This document shows, in pieces, positions 29,405-41,886 of a stretch of 64,000 nt of DNA. The stretch comes from an uncultured Actinomycetota bacterium (GTDB taxonomy: Bacteria; Actinomycetota; Actinomycetes; JAFAQI01), in contig CAVYQE010000011.1 in assembly GCA_963770565.1 (NCBI GenBank), positions 832,001 through 896,000 on the forward strand, in the 5' to 3' direction. The position numbers and the translations under genes were made by a program. A model generated the notes under the pieces. It worked only from the letters and a program-made list of their open reading frames with translations. It ran no database searches and was not told the DNA's origin. Within the stretch, counting starts at the first letter, position 1; the number at the start of each line of letters is the position of its first letter.

Positions 29405-30822
29405 CGACACTGATCAGCGGCGGCACCGTCGTCAGCTCGACCGGATCGGCGCGGCAGGACGTCCTGATCGACGGCGAGACGATCGCGGCCGTGGTCGCGC
29501 CGGGCTCGACCGCGCTCGGTGACCTCGCGGCGTCCGCCGACCGGGTCATCGACGCGACCGGCAAGTACGTGATCCCGGGCGGCGTCGACGGCCACACCCA
29601 CATGGAGATGCCGTTTGGCGGCACCTTCGCCTCGGACACCTTCGAGACCGGCACTCGGGCAGCTGCCTGGGGCGGTACGACGACGATCGTGGACTTCGTC
29701 GTGCAGACCCACGGCCAGCGGGTGCTCGACCAGTTCGCGTTGTGGCACGAGAAGGCCGGCGGCAACTGCGCGATCGACTATGCCTTCCACCAGATCATCG
29801 GCGAGGTCGACGACGACTCGCTCAAGGCGATGGACGCGCTGATCGACGAGGGCGTCACGAGCTTCAAGCTCTTCATGGCCTATCCCGGCGTGTTCCTTTC
29901 CAGCGACGGCCAGATCGTCCGCGCGATGCAGACCGCGGCCGGCAACGGCGGGCTGATCATGATGCACGCGGAGAACGGGTCCGCGATCGACGTACTCGTG
30001 CAGCAGGCGCTCGCCCGCGGCGAGACCGCGCCGTACTACCACGGGGTGACGAGGCCCTGGCAGACCGAGCAGGAGGCCACTCATCGCGCGGTGATGCTCG
30101 CCGACATGACCGGCGCACCGCTGTACGTCGTCCATGTCTCGGCCAAGCAGGCGTTGGCCCGGATCGCCGAGGCGCGCAACGCCGGTCAGAACGTGTTCGG
30201 CGAGACCTGCCCGCAATACCTCTACCTGTCGCTCGAGGAGAATCTCGGAGCGCCGGGCTTCGAGGGCGCGAAGTGGGTGTGCTCGACGCCGCTGCGGGCG
30301 CGGGCCGAGGGTCATCAGGACGAGTTGTGGCGCTACATCAGGACGGGTGACGTCACGGCCGTCTCGACCGACCACTGCCCGTTCTGCATGAAGGACCAGA
30401 AGGAGATGGGGATCGGCAACTTTGCCAAGATTCCCAACGGAATCGGCTCGGTCGAGCACCGGATCGACCTGCTCTACCAAGGTGTGGTCGACGGGCGGAT
30501 CTCGCTCGAGCGCTGGGTCGACGTCTGCTGTGCGTCGCCGGCGCGGATGTTCGGCCTGTATGGCAAGAAGGGCGTGATCGCGGCCGGCGCCGATGCCGAC
30601 ATCGTGGTCTACGACCCGGCCGGGCACACCAGCATCGGCATGGGCGAGGGGCGGACGCATCACATGAACATGGACTATTCGGCATGGGAGGGCTACGAGA
30701 TCGACGGTCACGTCGACGTCGTGATCTCGCGCGGGCAGGTGCTCGTCGAGGCCGGCAACTACGTCGGCACGAAGTCCCATGGCAAGTACGTCAAGCGTGG
30801 CCTCTCGCAGAATCTGGTGTGA
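29401..30822 (+). CDS. hydA: Dihydropyrimidinase
   Basis: PGGVDGHTH, SFKLFMAY, MHAEN, VVHVS, STDHCPF. Confidence 0.94.
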   Translation: MTTLISGGTVVSSTGSARQDVLIDGETIAAVVAPGSTALGDLAASADRVIDATGKYVIPGGVDGHTHMEMPFGGTFASDTFETGTRAAAWGGTTTIVDFVVQTHGQRVLDQFALWHEKAGGNCAIDYAFHQIIGEVDDDSLKAMDALIDEGVTSFKLFMAYPGVFLSSDGQIVRAMQTAAGNGGLIMMHAENGSAIDVLVQQALARGETAPYYHGVTRPWQTEQEATHRAVMLADMTGAPLYVVHVSAKQALARIAEARNAGQNVFGETCPQYLYLSLEENLGAPGFEGAKWVCSTPLRARAEGHQDELWRYIRTGDVTAVSTDHCPFCMKDQKEMGIGNFAKIPNGIGSVEHRIDLLYQGVVDGRISLERWVDVCCASPARMFGLYGKKGVIAAGADADIVVYDPAGHTSIGMGEGRTHHMNMDYSAWEGYEIDGHVDVVISRGQVLVEAGNYVGTKSHGKYVKRGLSQNLV

Positions 30823-30826
30823 CGTC

Positions 30827-31858
30827 ATGGACTTCGGTGTTGTCCTGCAGGCCGATCCGCCGGCCTGGCGCGTGGTCGAGCTGTCCCGCCAAGCCGAGCA
30901 GGCCGGCTTCACGCACGTCTGGACCTTCGACTCGCACATCCTGTGGCAGGAGCCGTTCGTCATCTACAGCCAGATCCTCGCGGCGACGCACCGCTTGACG
31001 GTCGGCCCGATGGTCACCAACCCGGCGACCCGCGACTGGACCGTGACCGCATCGCTGTTTGCGACCCTCAACGACATGTTCGGCAACCGAACCGTCTGCG
31101 GGATCGGGCGCGGCGACTCGGCGGTGCGGGTGATCAACGGCGCGCCGGTGACGCTCGCCACCTTGCGCGAGGCGATCGACGTCATCCGGCCGCTGGCCAA
31201 CGGCGGGCAGGCGTCGTACAAGGGCAGCCTCCTGCGCTTCCCGTGGAGTTCCGGGTCGGTGCTGCCGATCTGGGTCGCGGCGTACGGGCCGAAGGCGCTC
31301 GCGCTCGCCGGCGAGGTGGGCGACGGATTCATCCTGCAGCTGGCCGACCCCGACATCACCGCGTGGTCGATCGCGGCGGTGCGCAAGGCGGCGTCCGACG
31401 CGGGTCGTGACCCGGCGAGTGTGCAGATCTGCGTCGCCGCACCGGCGTATGTGACAGACGGATCGGACGAGGGACTCGACCATGCCCGCTCACAGTGCCG
31501 GTGGTTCGGCGGGATGGTCGGCAACCACGTCGCTGACATCGTCGCGCGCTACGGCACGGACGGCGGTGCGGTGCCGAAGGCGCTGTCGGACTACATCGCG
31601 AACCGGTCCGGCTACGACTACAACACGCACGGCAAGGCGGCCAACACGCACACCGACTTCGTGCCGGACGAGGTGATCGACCGGTTCTGCCTGCTCGGCC
31701 CGGTCGAGCACCAGGTGGCGCGGCTCGAGGAGCTGCGCGAGCTCGGCGTCGATCAGTTCGCGCTGTATCTGCAGCACGACGCAAAGGACGCGACGCTGTC
31801 GGCGTACGGCGAGCGGGTGATCCCCGCGGTCAACGCGCCGGCCCAAGCCAAAGCCTGA
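30827..31858 (+). CDS. LLM-class F420-dependent oxidoreductase (TIGR03842-like)
   Basis: MDFGVVLQ, WTFDSHILWQEP, GIGRGDSA, WFGGMVGNHVAD. Confidence 0.88.
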   Translation: MDFGVVLQADPPAWRVVELSRQAEQAGFTHVWTFDSHILWQEPFVIYSQILAATHRLTVGPMVTNPATRDWTVTASLFATLNDMFGNRTVCGIGRGDSAVRVINGAPVTLATLREAIDVIRPLANGGQASYKGSLLRFPWSSGSVLPIWVAAYGPKALALAGEVGDGFILQLADPDITAWSIAAVRKAASDAGRDPASVQICVAAPAYVTDGSDEGLDHARSQCRWFGGMVGNHVADIVARYGTDGGAVPKALSDYIANRSGYDYNTHGKAANTHTDFVPDEVIDRFCLLGPVEHQVARLEELRELGVDQFALYLQHDAKDATLSAYGERVIPAVNAPAQAKA

Positions 31859-31907
31859 CCGTTCCAAGCAATGTCACATTGCCCCGCACTTCGTGGGGGC
31901 AATGTGA
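31797..31907. repeat. Left copy of 111-bp target-site duplication (includes partial family C REP)
   Basis: Matches 33557-33667 except at 31799/33559. Confidence 0.93.
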
Positions 31908-33556
31908 CCTGACTTGGGCCACATTTTGGTGGTCGGTGGTGGCGTAGGCGCTTGACCTGCAGGTTTGCTGGTGGGCGGTGACGGATTTGCACACTAATTC
32001 TGGGCTCGTAAGGTCCTCGTGTGGTGTATGTGCGGACCGTGAAGACGGCGTCGGGCGCGACGGCGGTGCAGATCGTGCACTCCACGCGGCGCGGCTCGCG
32101 AGATGTTGAGCATCTGGGTTCGGCGCATACCCCGGAGCAGGTCGAGGCGCTGAAAGCTGTTGCCCGGCAACGAATCGAGGCCGGGCAAGCGCACCTCGAT
32201 CTCGGCCTGGACCTCGCGGCTGCGGCTGCCGCAGGTGGCCCGCTGGAGATCACCGGCTCGCGGATGGGGCATCTGTGGGACGCGCTGTCCGGCTGCTACG
32301 ACACGCTCGGGTTCGACACGGCGGCTGGCGGCGATGAGGTGTTCCGGCAGCTCGTGCTGGCCCGGATCATCGAGCCGACCAGTAAAGAGGACAGCATCCG
32401 GGTGATCGAGGAGACCGGAACCTCGGCCTGCTCCTACCGCACGATCAAACGGCGGCTACCGACCTATGCCACCACGGCCTGGCGGGACCGGCTCGCGAAG
32501 GCCTGCGCCACCCGGGCCGCGATCGGCCCAGCGAGCCTGGTGCTCTACGACGTGACAACGCTGTATTTCGAGACCGACACCGGTGACGGGTTCCGGGAGC
32601 CTGGCTATTCCAAGGAACGCCGGTTGGAGCCGCAGATCACCGTCGGTCTGCTCACCGACGCGACCGGTTTCCCGCTGGCGTTACAGGCCTTCGAAGGCAA
32701 CCGGGCCGAGACCGCCACGATGCTCCCGACGATCGAAGCGTTCATGACCGCCTACCAGCTTCGTGACGTCACCGTCGTCGCGGACGCAGGCATGGTCTCG
32801 GAGAAAAACCGCAAGGCGATCGAGGCGGCCGGGTTGTCGTTCATCCTCGGGATGAAGATCCCGGACATCCCGTGGGTCGTCACCGACTGGCATGAGCGCC
32901 ATCCCGGTGTCGAGGTCAGCGACGGGCAGATCTTCACCCAGCCGTGGCCGGCACCGAACGAGACTCGCCGCGACCAGGTCATCTACTACCAGTACCGCTC
33001 CGACCGGGCGCGACGGACGCTACGCGGCATCGACGAGCAGGTGAGCAAAGCCGAGAAAGCCGTCGCGGGGAAGATCCCGGTCAAACGCAACCGGTTCATC
33101 ACCATCACCGGCGCGACCAAGACAGTGAACCGAAAACTCGAGGCGAAGGCTCGTGGTCTGGCCGGGTTCAAGGGCTACATCACCAACATCGAGGACCCGA
33201 ACCCGGAGTTCGTGATCGGCGCCTACCACCAGCTCTGGCACATCGAGAAGTCGTTCCGGATGAGCAAACACGACCTGCGGGCCCGCCCGATCTACCACCA
33301 CAAGCGTGAATCGATCGATGCGCACCTGGCCATCGTGTTCGCAGCATTGGCGATCACTCGGCATCTCGAAACCGCGACCGGCTGGTCGATCAAGAAGTTC
33401 GTCCGGACCTCCCGCCGCTACCGGACCGTCCAGATCCGCGTCGGCAAACACACCGTCACGGCCGAAGACCCACTCCCCGACGACCTACGCGACGCCCTCA
33501 CCGCGATCAGTTAACTGGCCCGGCTGGCCATGCACACTAATTTGGCCCGAGTCGGG
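31908..33556 (+). mobile_element. IS1634-family (IS1549-like) insertion sequence, 1649 bp
   Basis: IRs CCTGACTTGGGCCACATT vs CCCGACTCGGGCCAAATT (15/18); one transposase; long flanking direct repeats. Confidence 0.93.
32021..33514 (+). CDS. IS1634-family DDE transposase
   Basis: YVRTVKTASGATAVQ, LYDVTTLYFE, GYSKERR, VVADAGM, YHQLWHIEKSFRMSK. Confidence 0.95.
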   Translation: MVYVRTVKTASGATAVQIVHSTRRGSRDVEHLGSAHTPEQVEALKAVARQRIEAGQAHLDLGLDLAAAAAAGGPLEITGSRMGHLWDALSGCYDTLGFDTAAGGDEVFRQLVLARIIEPTSKEDSIRVIEETGTSACSYRTIKRRLPTYATTAWRDRLAKACATRAAIGPASLVLYDVTTLYFETDTGDGFREPGYSKERRLEPQITVGLLTDATGFPLALQAFEGNRAETATMLPTIEAFMTAYQLRDVTVVADAGMVSEKNRKAIEAAGLSFILGMKIPDIPWVVTDWHERHPGVEVSDGQIFTQPWPAPNETRRDQVIYYQYRSDRARRTLRGIDEQVSKAEKAVAGKIPVKRNRFITITGATKTVNRKLEAKARGLAGFKGYITNIEDPNPEFVIGAYHQLWHIEKSFRMSKHDLRARPIYHHKRESIDAHLAIVFAALAITRHLETATGWSIKKFVRTSRRYRTVQIRVGKHTVTAEDPLPDDLRDALTAIS

Positions 33557-33667
33557 TGGCGGCGTACGGCGAGCGGGTGATCCCCGCGGTCAACGCGCCG
33601 GCCCAAGCCAAAGCCTGACCGTTCCAAGCAATGTCACATTGCCCCGCACTTCGTGGGGGCAATGTGA
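33557..33667. repeat. Right copy of 111-bp target-site duplication
   Basis: Matches 31797-31907. Confidence 0.93.
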
Positions 33668-33705
33668 CAGCACCCCGAGAAAACGCTGGGCAATGTGACA
33701 TTGCT
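33619..33705. repeat. REP-like family C, copy 2 (IS target)
   Basis: Boxes starting at 33628, 33659 and 33690. Confidence 0.85.
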
Positions 33706-35390
33706 CAGGAACAGCCGGTGGCGACGTCCTCGCGCAGCTTCTCGAGTCGGCTGGCCGCCTCCGCTCTCGCCTCGTCGAGTCCGTCGAGGCCGGGCGGGTC
33801 GGTGGTGACTTCGAGGTAGGCCTTCAGCTTGGGCTCGGTGCCGCTCGGGCGGAGCACCACCCGGCCCCGGCCACCGAGCCGTACGACGAGGGCGTCGGTC
33901 GGCGGCAGCTCGGCCGATCCCGCGGCCAGGTCCACCACCTCGGTGACGGCCAGCCCGCCGAGCTCGGTCGGCGGATCGCTGCGCCAGCGGTCGACGACGA
34001 GCGCGAGCGCCTCGATCCCGCCCGGCTCCTCGGCCCGGCGCGACCATTGCGCGGTGATGTGGACGCCGAGCCGGGCCGACAGCTCGTCGAGCCGGTCGAG
34101 CAGGCTGCGCCCGGTGGCCCGCGCGATCGCGGCCATCTCGGCGGCGACCAGCGCCGCACTCATCCCGTCCTTGTCGGCGACGACGTCGCCGATCGTGTAG
34201 CCGAGCGCTTCCTCATAGCCGAAGACCAGCCGCTTTCCGGGCTGCCGGGTCGCGGCCCGCGCGATCCACTTGAAGCCGGTCAAGGTCTCCTGGTACGCCA
34301 CGCCCGCGTCGGCGGCAAGTTTCGAGAGCATCGATGACGACACCACTGTCGTCGCCACCAGGCGGTCAGATCCGGTCGTCACGTGCAACCGCCGGTCGGC
34401 GAGCAGGATGCCGAGCTCGTCCCCGGTGAACGGCCGCCACTCACCATCACGGCCGGGCACCGCCACTGCTAGCCGGTCGGCATCCGGGTCGTTGGCGAGT
34501 ACGACGTCGGCGCCGACCCTCCGCGCGAGCGCCATCGCCAGGTCGAGCGCGCCCGGCTCCTCGGGGTTCGGGAACGGCACGGTCGGGAAATCGGGGTCCG
34601 GCTCGGCCTGCTCCGCGACGATCAGCGGCGGGTCGAAGCCCGCGGCCGCGAGCAGGTCGGGCATCACCGCGCCGCCGACGCCGTGCAGCGGCGTGTAGAC
34701 CGCGCGCAGGGTGCGCAGCCCGGCTGGGTCGAGCAGGCCGAGGACGGCCTTCCGGTAGGCGGCGAGGATCTCGTCGTCGACCACGGTCTGCGGTGCGCTC
34801 GACTCGGTGTCGGGGTCGGCACCCTCCTCGGCGGCTGCGGCGATCTCCGCGTCGTCCGGCGGAATGATCTGCGAGCCGTCGCCGGCGTACACCTTGTAGC
34901 CGTTGTCGATCGCCGGGTTGTGGCTCGCGGTGACCACGATCCCGGCGGCCGCGCCGAAGTGCCGTACGCCGAACGCGGTGAGCGGCGTCGGCAGCGGACG
35001 GGACAGCACATGCGCCGTGACGCCGAACGAGGTCAGGACGTCGGCGACGTCCGCGGCGAAGGTCTGCGAGCCGTGCCGGGCGTCGTGCCCGACCACCACG
35101 CCCGAGGCCATCGCCTCCGGGCCCCGGCGGCTCACCCACCGGGCCACCCCGGCGGTGGTACGACGGACGACCGCTCGGTTCATCCGGGCCGGGCCGCCAC
35201 CGAGCGGGGCACGCAGGCCGGCGGTCCCGAACTGCAGCGGGTGGTCGAAGCGAGCCTCGAGCTCCGCGGTGTCGCCCGCGGCGAGCAGGTCAGTGAGCTC
35301 GGCTCTGGTCTCCGGGTCCGGATCGGCGGCGATCCACGCCTCGACCCGGGTCCGCAGATCGGCCGACGTCGCGTCGCTGCCCACGGTCAC
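33705..35390 (-). CDS. Phospho-sugar mutase (PGM/PMM family; phosphopentomutase by context)
   Basis: FGTAGLR, TASHNP, DPDADR, YEEALG, RPSGTEPK. Confidence 0.93.
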   Translation of the reverse strand: MTVGSDATSADLRTRVEAWIAADPDPETRAELTDLLAAGDTAELEARFDHPLQFGTAGLRAPLGGGPARMNRAVVRRTTAGVARWVSRRGPEAMASGVVVGHDARHGSQTFAADVADVLTSFGVTAHVLSRPLPTPLTAFGVRHFGAAAGIVVTASHNPAIDNGYKVYAGDGSQIIPPDDAEIAAAAEEGADPDTESSAPQTVVDDEILAAYRKAVLGLLDPAGLRTLRAVYTPLHGVGGAVMPDLLAAAGFDPPLIVAEQAEPDPDFPTVPFPNPEEPGALDLAMALARRVGADVVLANDPDADRLAVAVPGRDGEWRPFTGDELGILLADRRLHVTTGSDRLVATTVVSSSMLSKLAADAGVAYQETLTGFKWIARAATRQPGKRLVFGYEEALGYTIGDVVADKDGMSAALVAAEMAAIARATGRSLLDRLDELSARLGVHITAQWSRRAEEPGGIEALALVVDRWRSDPPTELGGLAVTEVVDLAAGSAELPPTDALVVRLGGRGRVVLRPSGTEPKLKAYLEVTTDPPGLDGLDEARAEAASRLEKLREDVATGCS

Positions 35391-35397
35391 CGCGTCG

Positions 35398-36228
35398 TCA
35401 CAGCCGGGCGATCACGCCGGCGATCAAGGCGGCCAGCCCGGGCGCGGCAGCGGCGCCGGCGGCGAGGACCTCCTCGTGCGCGAGCGGCTCGCCGGTGACG
35501 CCCGCGGCCGCGTTGGTCACGAGCGAGAGCCCGAGCACCTCGGCACCGAGGTGGCGGGCCGCGATCGCTTCGAGCACGGTCGACATGCCGACCAGGTCCG
35601 CGCCGGCCGACCCGTACATCGCGACCTCGGCGGGCGTCTCGTAGTGCGGCCCGGGCAGGTTGGCGTACACCCCTTCGATCAGGCTCGGGTCGACTTCGTG
35701 GGCGAGGGCGCGAAGACGCGGCGACCAGCAGTCGGTGAGGTCGACGAACCGCGCGCCGTAGCCGGCCGGCGGCGGCGGGCCGGACAGCGGCGAGACACCG
35801 GTCAGGTTGAGGTGGTCGCGGATCAGCACGGTCTGCCCGACCTGGTAGGCGGGGTTGATGCCACCGGCCGCATTGGTCAGCACGATCACGCCGGCACCCG
35901 CGGCGATCGCCGTACGAACCGCATGGACGACCTGCGTCGGGGTGCGGTCCTCGTAAAGGTGGACCCGGCCGACGAGCACCAGGACGTGGTAGCCGGCGAT
36001 GTCGACCGATCGCACCCGGCCCTGGTGCCCGGCCACCGTCGGCGGGACGAATCCGGGCAGATCCGCCGTCGCGACCTCGGCAGCCGGCGCGCCCAGACTC
36101 TCGACCGCGTCCTGCCAGCCGGAGCCGAGGACGACCGCGACGTCGTGCCGGTCGATACCGGTCCGTCGAGCCAGCTCGGCGGCCGCGGCTTCGGCTTCGG
36201 CGAAGGGGTCAGGCGCGCTACCGGTCAC
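35398..36228 (-). CDS. punA: Purine-nucleoside phosphorylase (start uncertain)
   Basis: [36 protein letters not shown]. Confidence 0.93.
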   Translation of the reverse strand: MTGSAPDPFAEAEAAAAELARRTGIDRHDVAVVLGSGWQDAVESLGAPAAEVATADLPGFVPPTVAGHQGRVRSVDIAGYHVLVLVGRVHLYEDRTPTQVVHAVRTAIAAGAGVIVLTNAAGGINPAYQVGQTVLIRDHLNLTGVSPLSGPPPPAGYGARFVDLTDCWSPRLRALAHEVDPSLIEGVYANLPGPHYETPAEVAMYGSAGADLVGMSTVLEAIAARHLGAEVLGLSLVTNAAAGVTGEPLAHEEVLAAGAAAAPGLAALIAGVIARL

Positions 36229-36473
36229 GGTGCGCGAACCTACCGCAATCGCGGCAACGGTCCGATCGGAGAAGCGATCCGACGAGCGATCCGACACAGC
36301 GGGTTGTTCACCCAATCGTGACCTGCCAGCGTGGCGTCGCGGGGTGTATGGTCGCCGATCAGCCACCGCACGTGGCGCCTGGGAACGGTGCACCAAGCCG
36401 GCCCGGGTCGGTTGCAGCCAAACCGGTCGGCAACCTCGAATGGGTTTTCGCAGGGGAAAGTGGTGGCTATCAG

Positions 36474-37661
36474 GTGAATGACGCTCTCGGCAATCGGTTC
36501 GGCCGTCGGAGCCTCCGCCTCGGCGCGGTCGGCATGATGGCTGTGGTGGCAATGGTGGCCGCGGCTTGCGGTGGTACCTCGACCGGAAGCGGTGGCGGCA
36601 CGAGCAGCACGCCTGCTCCCGGCGGCTCCAGTTCCCCAGCCGCGCCAGCGTCCTCCGCCCCGTCGAGCAGCTTCCTCGCCTGCGAGGTCACGGACACCGG
36701 CGGCATCAACGACCGGTCGTTCAACGCCTCGGCGTACCAAGGCCTCAAGGACGCCGCCAGTGCGGTGCCGGGGCTGAAGTACACCTACCTGCAGTCGAAC
36801 TCCACCAGCGACTACACGCCGAACATCAACACCCTGATCGGCCGGCACTGCGGCATCATCATCACGGTCGGCTTCGACATGGGCAACGCGACCAAGGCCG
36901 CGGCCAAGGCGCACCCGAGTCAGAAGTTCGCGATCGTCGACTTCAACTACGTGCCGTCGCCGAAGAACATCTCGGGCCTGACCTACGAGACCAACCAGGA
37001 CGCGTTCCTCGGTGGCTACCTCGCAGCGGCCATGAGCAAGTCGGGCAAGGTCGGCACCTTCGGCGGCCAGGACATCCCGCCGGTGACGATTTACATGGAC
37101 GGCTTCGTCGCGGGCGTCCGCTACTTCGACAAGATCAACAACGCGCACGTGACCACCCTCGGCTGGACCCCCAAGGCGGGTCGCGCGAAGAACAGCCTCG
37201 CGGGCAACGGCTTGTTCACCAACGACTTCACCAACCAGGCTCTCGGCAAGACCGACGCTTCGTCCCTGATGGCTCAGGGCGCGGACGTGATCTTCCCGGT
37301 CGCGGGCGCGGTGGGTCTCGGTGCAGCGGCCGCGGTCAAGCAGGCCGGTGGCAGCAACTACATGGAGTGGGTCGACACCGACGGTTGCGTCTCCGCTCCG
37401 CAGTACTGCTCGATCTTCCTGACCAGCGTGACCAAGGGCATCGCCACCTCGGTGGCCGGTGCGGTCGAGGCCGCGGCCAACGGCACCTTCAAGGGCGGGA
37501 CGTACGTCGGCAACCTCAAGAACAACGGGGTAGCACTGTCGGGCTACCACCAGTTCTCGAGCAAGGTCCCGTCCGCGGTGACCACGGAGCTCGCGAAGAT
37601 CAAGACCGGGATCGAGGCCGGCACCATCTCCGTCGACCCGAACTCCTACCCGGCGAGCTGA
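36474..37661 (+). CDS. BMP-family nucleoside-binding lipoprotein
   Basis: Lipobox [31 protein letters not shown]. Confidence 0.92.
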   Translation: MNDALGNRFGRRSLRLGAVGMMAVVAMVAAACGGTSTGSGGGTSSTPAPGGSSSPAAPASSAPSSSFLACEVTDTGGINDRSFNASAYQGLKDAASAVPGLKYTYLQSNSTSDYTPNINTLIGRHCGIIITVGFDMGNATKAAAKAHPSQKFAIVDFNYVPSPKNISGLTYETNQDAFLGGYLAAAMSKSGKVGTFGGQDIPPVTIYMDGFVAGVRYFDKINNAHVTTLGWTPKAGRAKNSLAGNGLFTNDFTNQALGKTDASSLMAQGADVIFPVAGAVGLGAAAAVKQAGGSNYMEWVDTDGCVSAPQYCSIFLTSVTKGIATSVAGAVEAAANGTFKGGTYVGNLKNNGVALSGYHQFSSKVPSAVTTELAKIKTGIEAGTISVDPNSYPAS

Positions 37662-37665
37662 TCGT

Positions 37666-37710
37666 CGGTAAGGCGCGCCCTCCCGCTCTGCGGTAGGGCG
37701 CGCCTTACCG
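37666..37710 (+). terminator. Intra-operon stem-loop after the binding-protein gene
   Basis: 16-bp stem CGGTAAGGCGCGCCCT / AGGGCGCGCCTTACCG. Confidence 0.7.
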
Positions 37711-37726
37711 CAGGGTGGGAGGTGCG

Positions 37727-39279
<1,553 letters not shown>

Positions 39280-39283
<4 letters not shown>

Positions 39284-40563
39284 GCGCGACCCCGGCCGAG
39301 GTGCCCGCCGGCGCCGAGCCCGCCGCCAAGCAGCCGCCCGGACCCGCACCGTGGTGGTTGAACGCGCTGCACCGGATGACCGAGGCAAACGTCGCCATCA
39401 CGACGCTGCTGGCGGTCGTCGTCGGGCTGGTGTTCGGCGCGATCCTGATCATCGTCACGTCGTCCAACACGTTGCACGCGTGGGGCCACCTCGGCTCGAA
39501 TCCCGGCCATGCCTTCGGCGCCAGCCTGACGACGGTCGGACACGCGTACGGCGATCTGTTCACCGGGTCGATCTTCAGCCCCTCGTCGCTCGGCCACGCG
39601 ATCTCGACCGGCCACGGCTGGACCACGCTGTTCACCCCGATCTCCGAGACGCTGGTCTCGGCGACCCCGCTGATGCTCGCCGGGATGGGTGTGGCGCTCG
39701 GGTTCTCGACCGGTGTTTTCAACATCGGTGGACAGGGCCAGTTCATCGCCGGCGCGATTGCCGCCACGTACGTCGGTTTCGGCGTGCACCTGCCATTGCC
39801 GCTGCACGTGCCGCTGGTGATCCTCGCCGGCGCGGCCGGTGGCGCGGTGGCCGGATTCATCCCGGGATTCCTGAAAGCCCGGACCGGCGCGCACGAAGTG
39901 ATCGTCACGATCATGCTCAACTACATCTTCCTCGACCTGCTCAACTATCTGCTGACCACGAAGCCCTTGCAGCAGCCTGGGCAGAGCAACTCGATCTCCC
40001 AGACGATCCCGTCGTCAGCCACGTTGCCGCACCTGTTCGGGTCGGGGCTTCGCGTCAACGCGGGGCTGATCGTCGCGCTGGTGGTCGCTGCGGGCGCCTC
40101 GTGGTTCATGCGCCGAAGCACCCTCGGCTTCACGTTCCGGGTGATCGGGTCCAACCCGAGCGCCGGTCGCACCGCGGGCATGGACGCCAAGCGGGCGACC
40201 ATCCTGGTCCTCACCATCTCGGGCGCGCTGGTCGGCCTGGCCGGGATGTCGACCCTGGCCGGCACTGACTTCTTCCTCTCCAGCTACTACGGCGGCGGCA
40301 CCGGCTTCAACGCGATCACGGTCGCCCTGCTCGGCCGCAACAAGCCGATCGGCGTCGTCCTCGGGTCATTGCTCTTCGCCTCGCTGGTGACCGGTGGCCG
40401 TTACATGCAGGCCGCGACCGGGATCCCGATCGACCTCACCACGGTGATCCAGGCGGTCATCGTCTTCTGTGTCGCCACGCCCGCGCTGGTCCGGGAGATC
40501 TTCCGGCTGCGCGAGGCCGGCACCGGCAAGATCCTGCTCTTCACCAAGGGGTGGGCGGGATGA
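39280..40563 (+). CDS. Nucleoside ABC transporter permease
   Basis: FNIGGQGQ, HEVIVTIMLNY, ITVALLGRN. Confidence 0.92.
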
Positions 40564-41846
40564 GCCAGGCGACGATCGCCACTACGCCGCTCTCCGCCGT
40601 GCCCGAGGGCCGGCTGGTCTCGACCACGCGCGTGCGCGGGATGGGGATCTTCCTGATCGGGCTGGCCCTGATCTGCTTCTTCGGGCTCGGGCTCGGCACC
40701 GCGAGCGGCGTGCACGCGACCTTCCTGCTCACCAGCCCGCCCGCGGTCAACGTCTCGCCGCTCGACATGCCAGTGCGCGGCGTCTGCCTCGCGCTGTCAA
40801 TCGTGTGTCTGCTGCTGGGCGGGTGGTTGTCCGCCCGGCCGCCGAGGCGGGCGACGTACGTGATCTTCGGGTTCGGGGTCATCGTGTTCGTGTGGGCGTT
40901 CCTCGTCTGGGCGGCCCGCGGAAGCGAGCTCGATCTGGTGCAGCTGCTGGCCGGCACCCTGGTGTCGGCCACCCCACTCGTGTACGGCGCGCTGTCCGGC
41001 GTGATGTGCGAGCGATCCGGCGTGGTCAACATCGCGATCGAGGGCCAGTTCCTCGCGGGCGCGTTCCTGGCCGCGATGATCGACAGCGCCTCGCACCACC
41101 TGTGGCTCGGTGTGCTGGCCGGCGCGGTGTCGGGCGCGGTGTTCGGCGCGCTGCTTGCATTCTTGGCGCTGCGTTACGGCGCTGACCAGATCATCGTCGG
41201 CGTGGTGATCGTGGCGTTCTGCACCGGGCTGACCAACTTCCTCACGGCGCAGGTCCTCACGCCAGATCAGGCCACCTTGAACAGCCCGGACACCTTCAAC
41301 CCGATCACCATCCCGCTGGTGTCGAAGATCCCGATCATCGGGCCGATCCTGTTTGACCAGAACGTCTTTGTGTACGGCGCGGCCGTGCTGCTCGTCGTCG
41401 TCCATGTCGCGTTGTTCCACACCAGGTGGGGTCTGCGAGTGCGGTCGGTCGGCGAGCATCCGCGCGCTGCGGCAACGGTCGGCATCCACGTCCTGTCGGT
41501 GCGCTACCGCAACGTGATCCTCGGCGGTGCGATCGCCGGGCTCGGCGGCGCGTCGTTCACGATCGGGTCGATCGGGGAGTTCTCCTCGAACATGACCGCC
41601 GGTCTCGGGTATGTCGCATTGGCCGCGATGATCTTCGGCCGCTGGCGTCCGTTCGGCGCGTTGAGTGCGGCGCTCCTGTTCGGCTTTGCGGTGTCGTTGC
41701 AGAGCTTCCTCGCGATCCTCAACGTCGGAATCCCGTCGCCGATCCTGTCGATGGCGCCGTACGTGATCACCATCGCGGTGGTCTCGGGGTTGGTCGGCCG
41801 GGTCCGGCCGCCGGCGTCGGACGGTGTCCCGTACGTCGCCGAGTAG
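40560..41846 (+). CDS. Nucleoside ABC transporter permease
   Basis: ERSGVVNIAIEG, GLRVRSVGEHP, ALAAMIFGRW. Confidence 0.92.
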   Translation: MSQATIATTPLSAVPEGRLVSTTRVRGMGIFLIGLALICFFGLGLGTASGVHATFLLTSPPAVNVSPLDMPVRGVCLALSIVCLLLGGWLSARPPRRATYVIFGFGVIVFVWAFLVWAARGSELDLVQLLAGTLVSATPLVYGALSGVMCERSGVVNIAIEGQFLAGAFLAAMIDSASHHLWLGVLAGAVSGAVFGALLAFLALRYGADQIIVGVVIVAFCTGLTNFLTAQVLTPDQATLNSPDTFNPITIPLVSKIPIIGPILFDQNVFVYGAAVLLVVVHVALFHTRWGLRVRSVGEHPRAAATVGIHVLSVRYRNVILGGAIAGLGGASFTIGSIGEFSSNMTAGLGYVALAAMIFGRWRPFGALSAALLFGFAVSLQSFLAILNVGIPSPILSMAPYVITIAVVSGLVGRVRPPASDGVPYVAE

Positions 41847-41886
41847 GGACGAAGGCGACCTGAGCATTTCGGGGAGACTGCACGAC

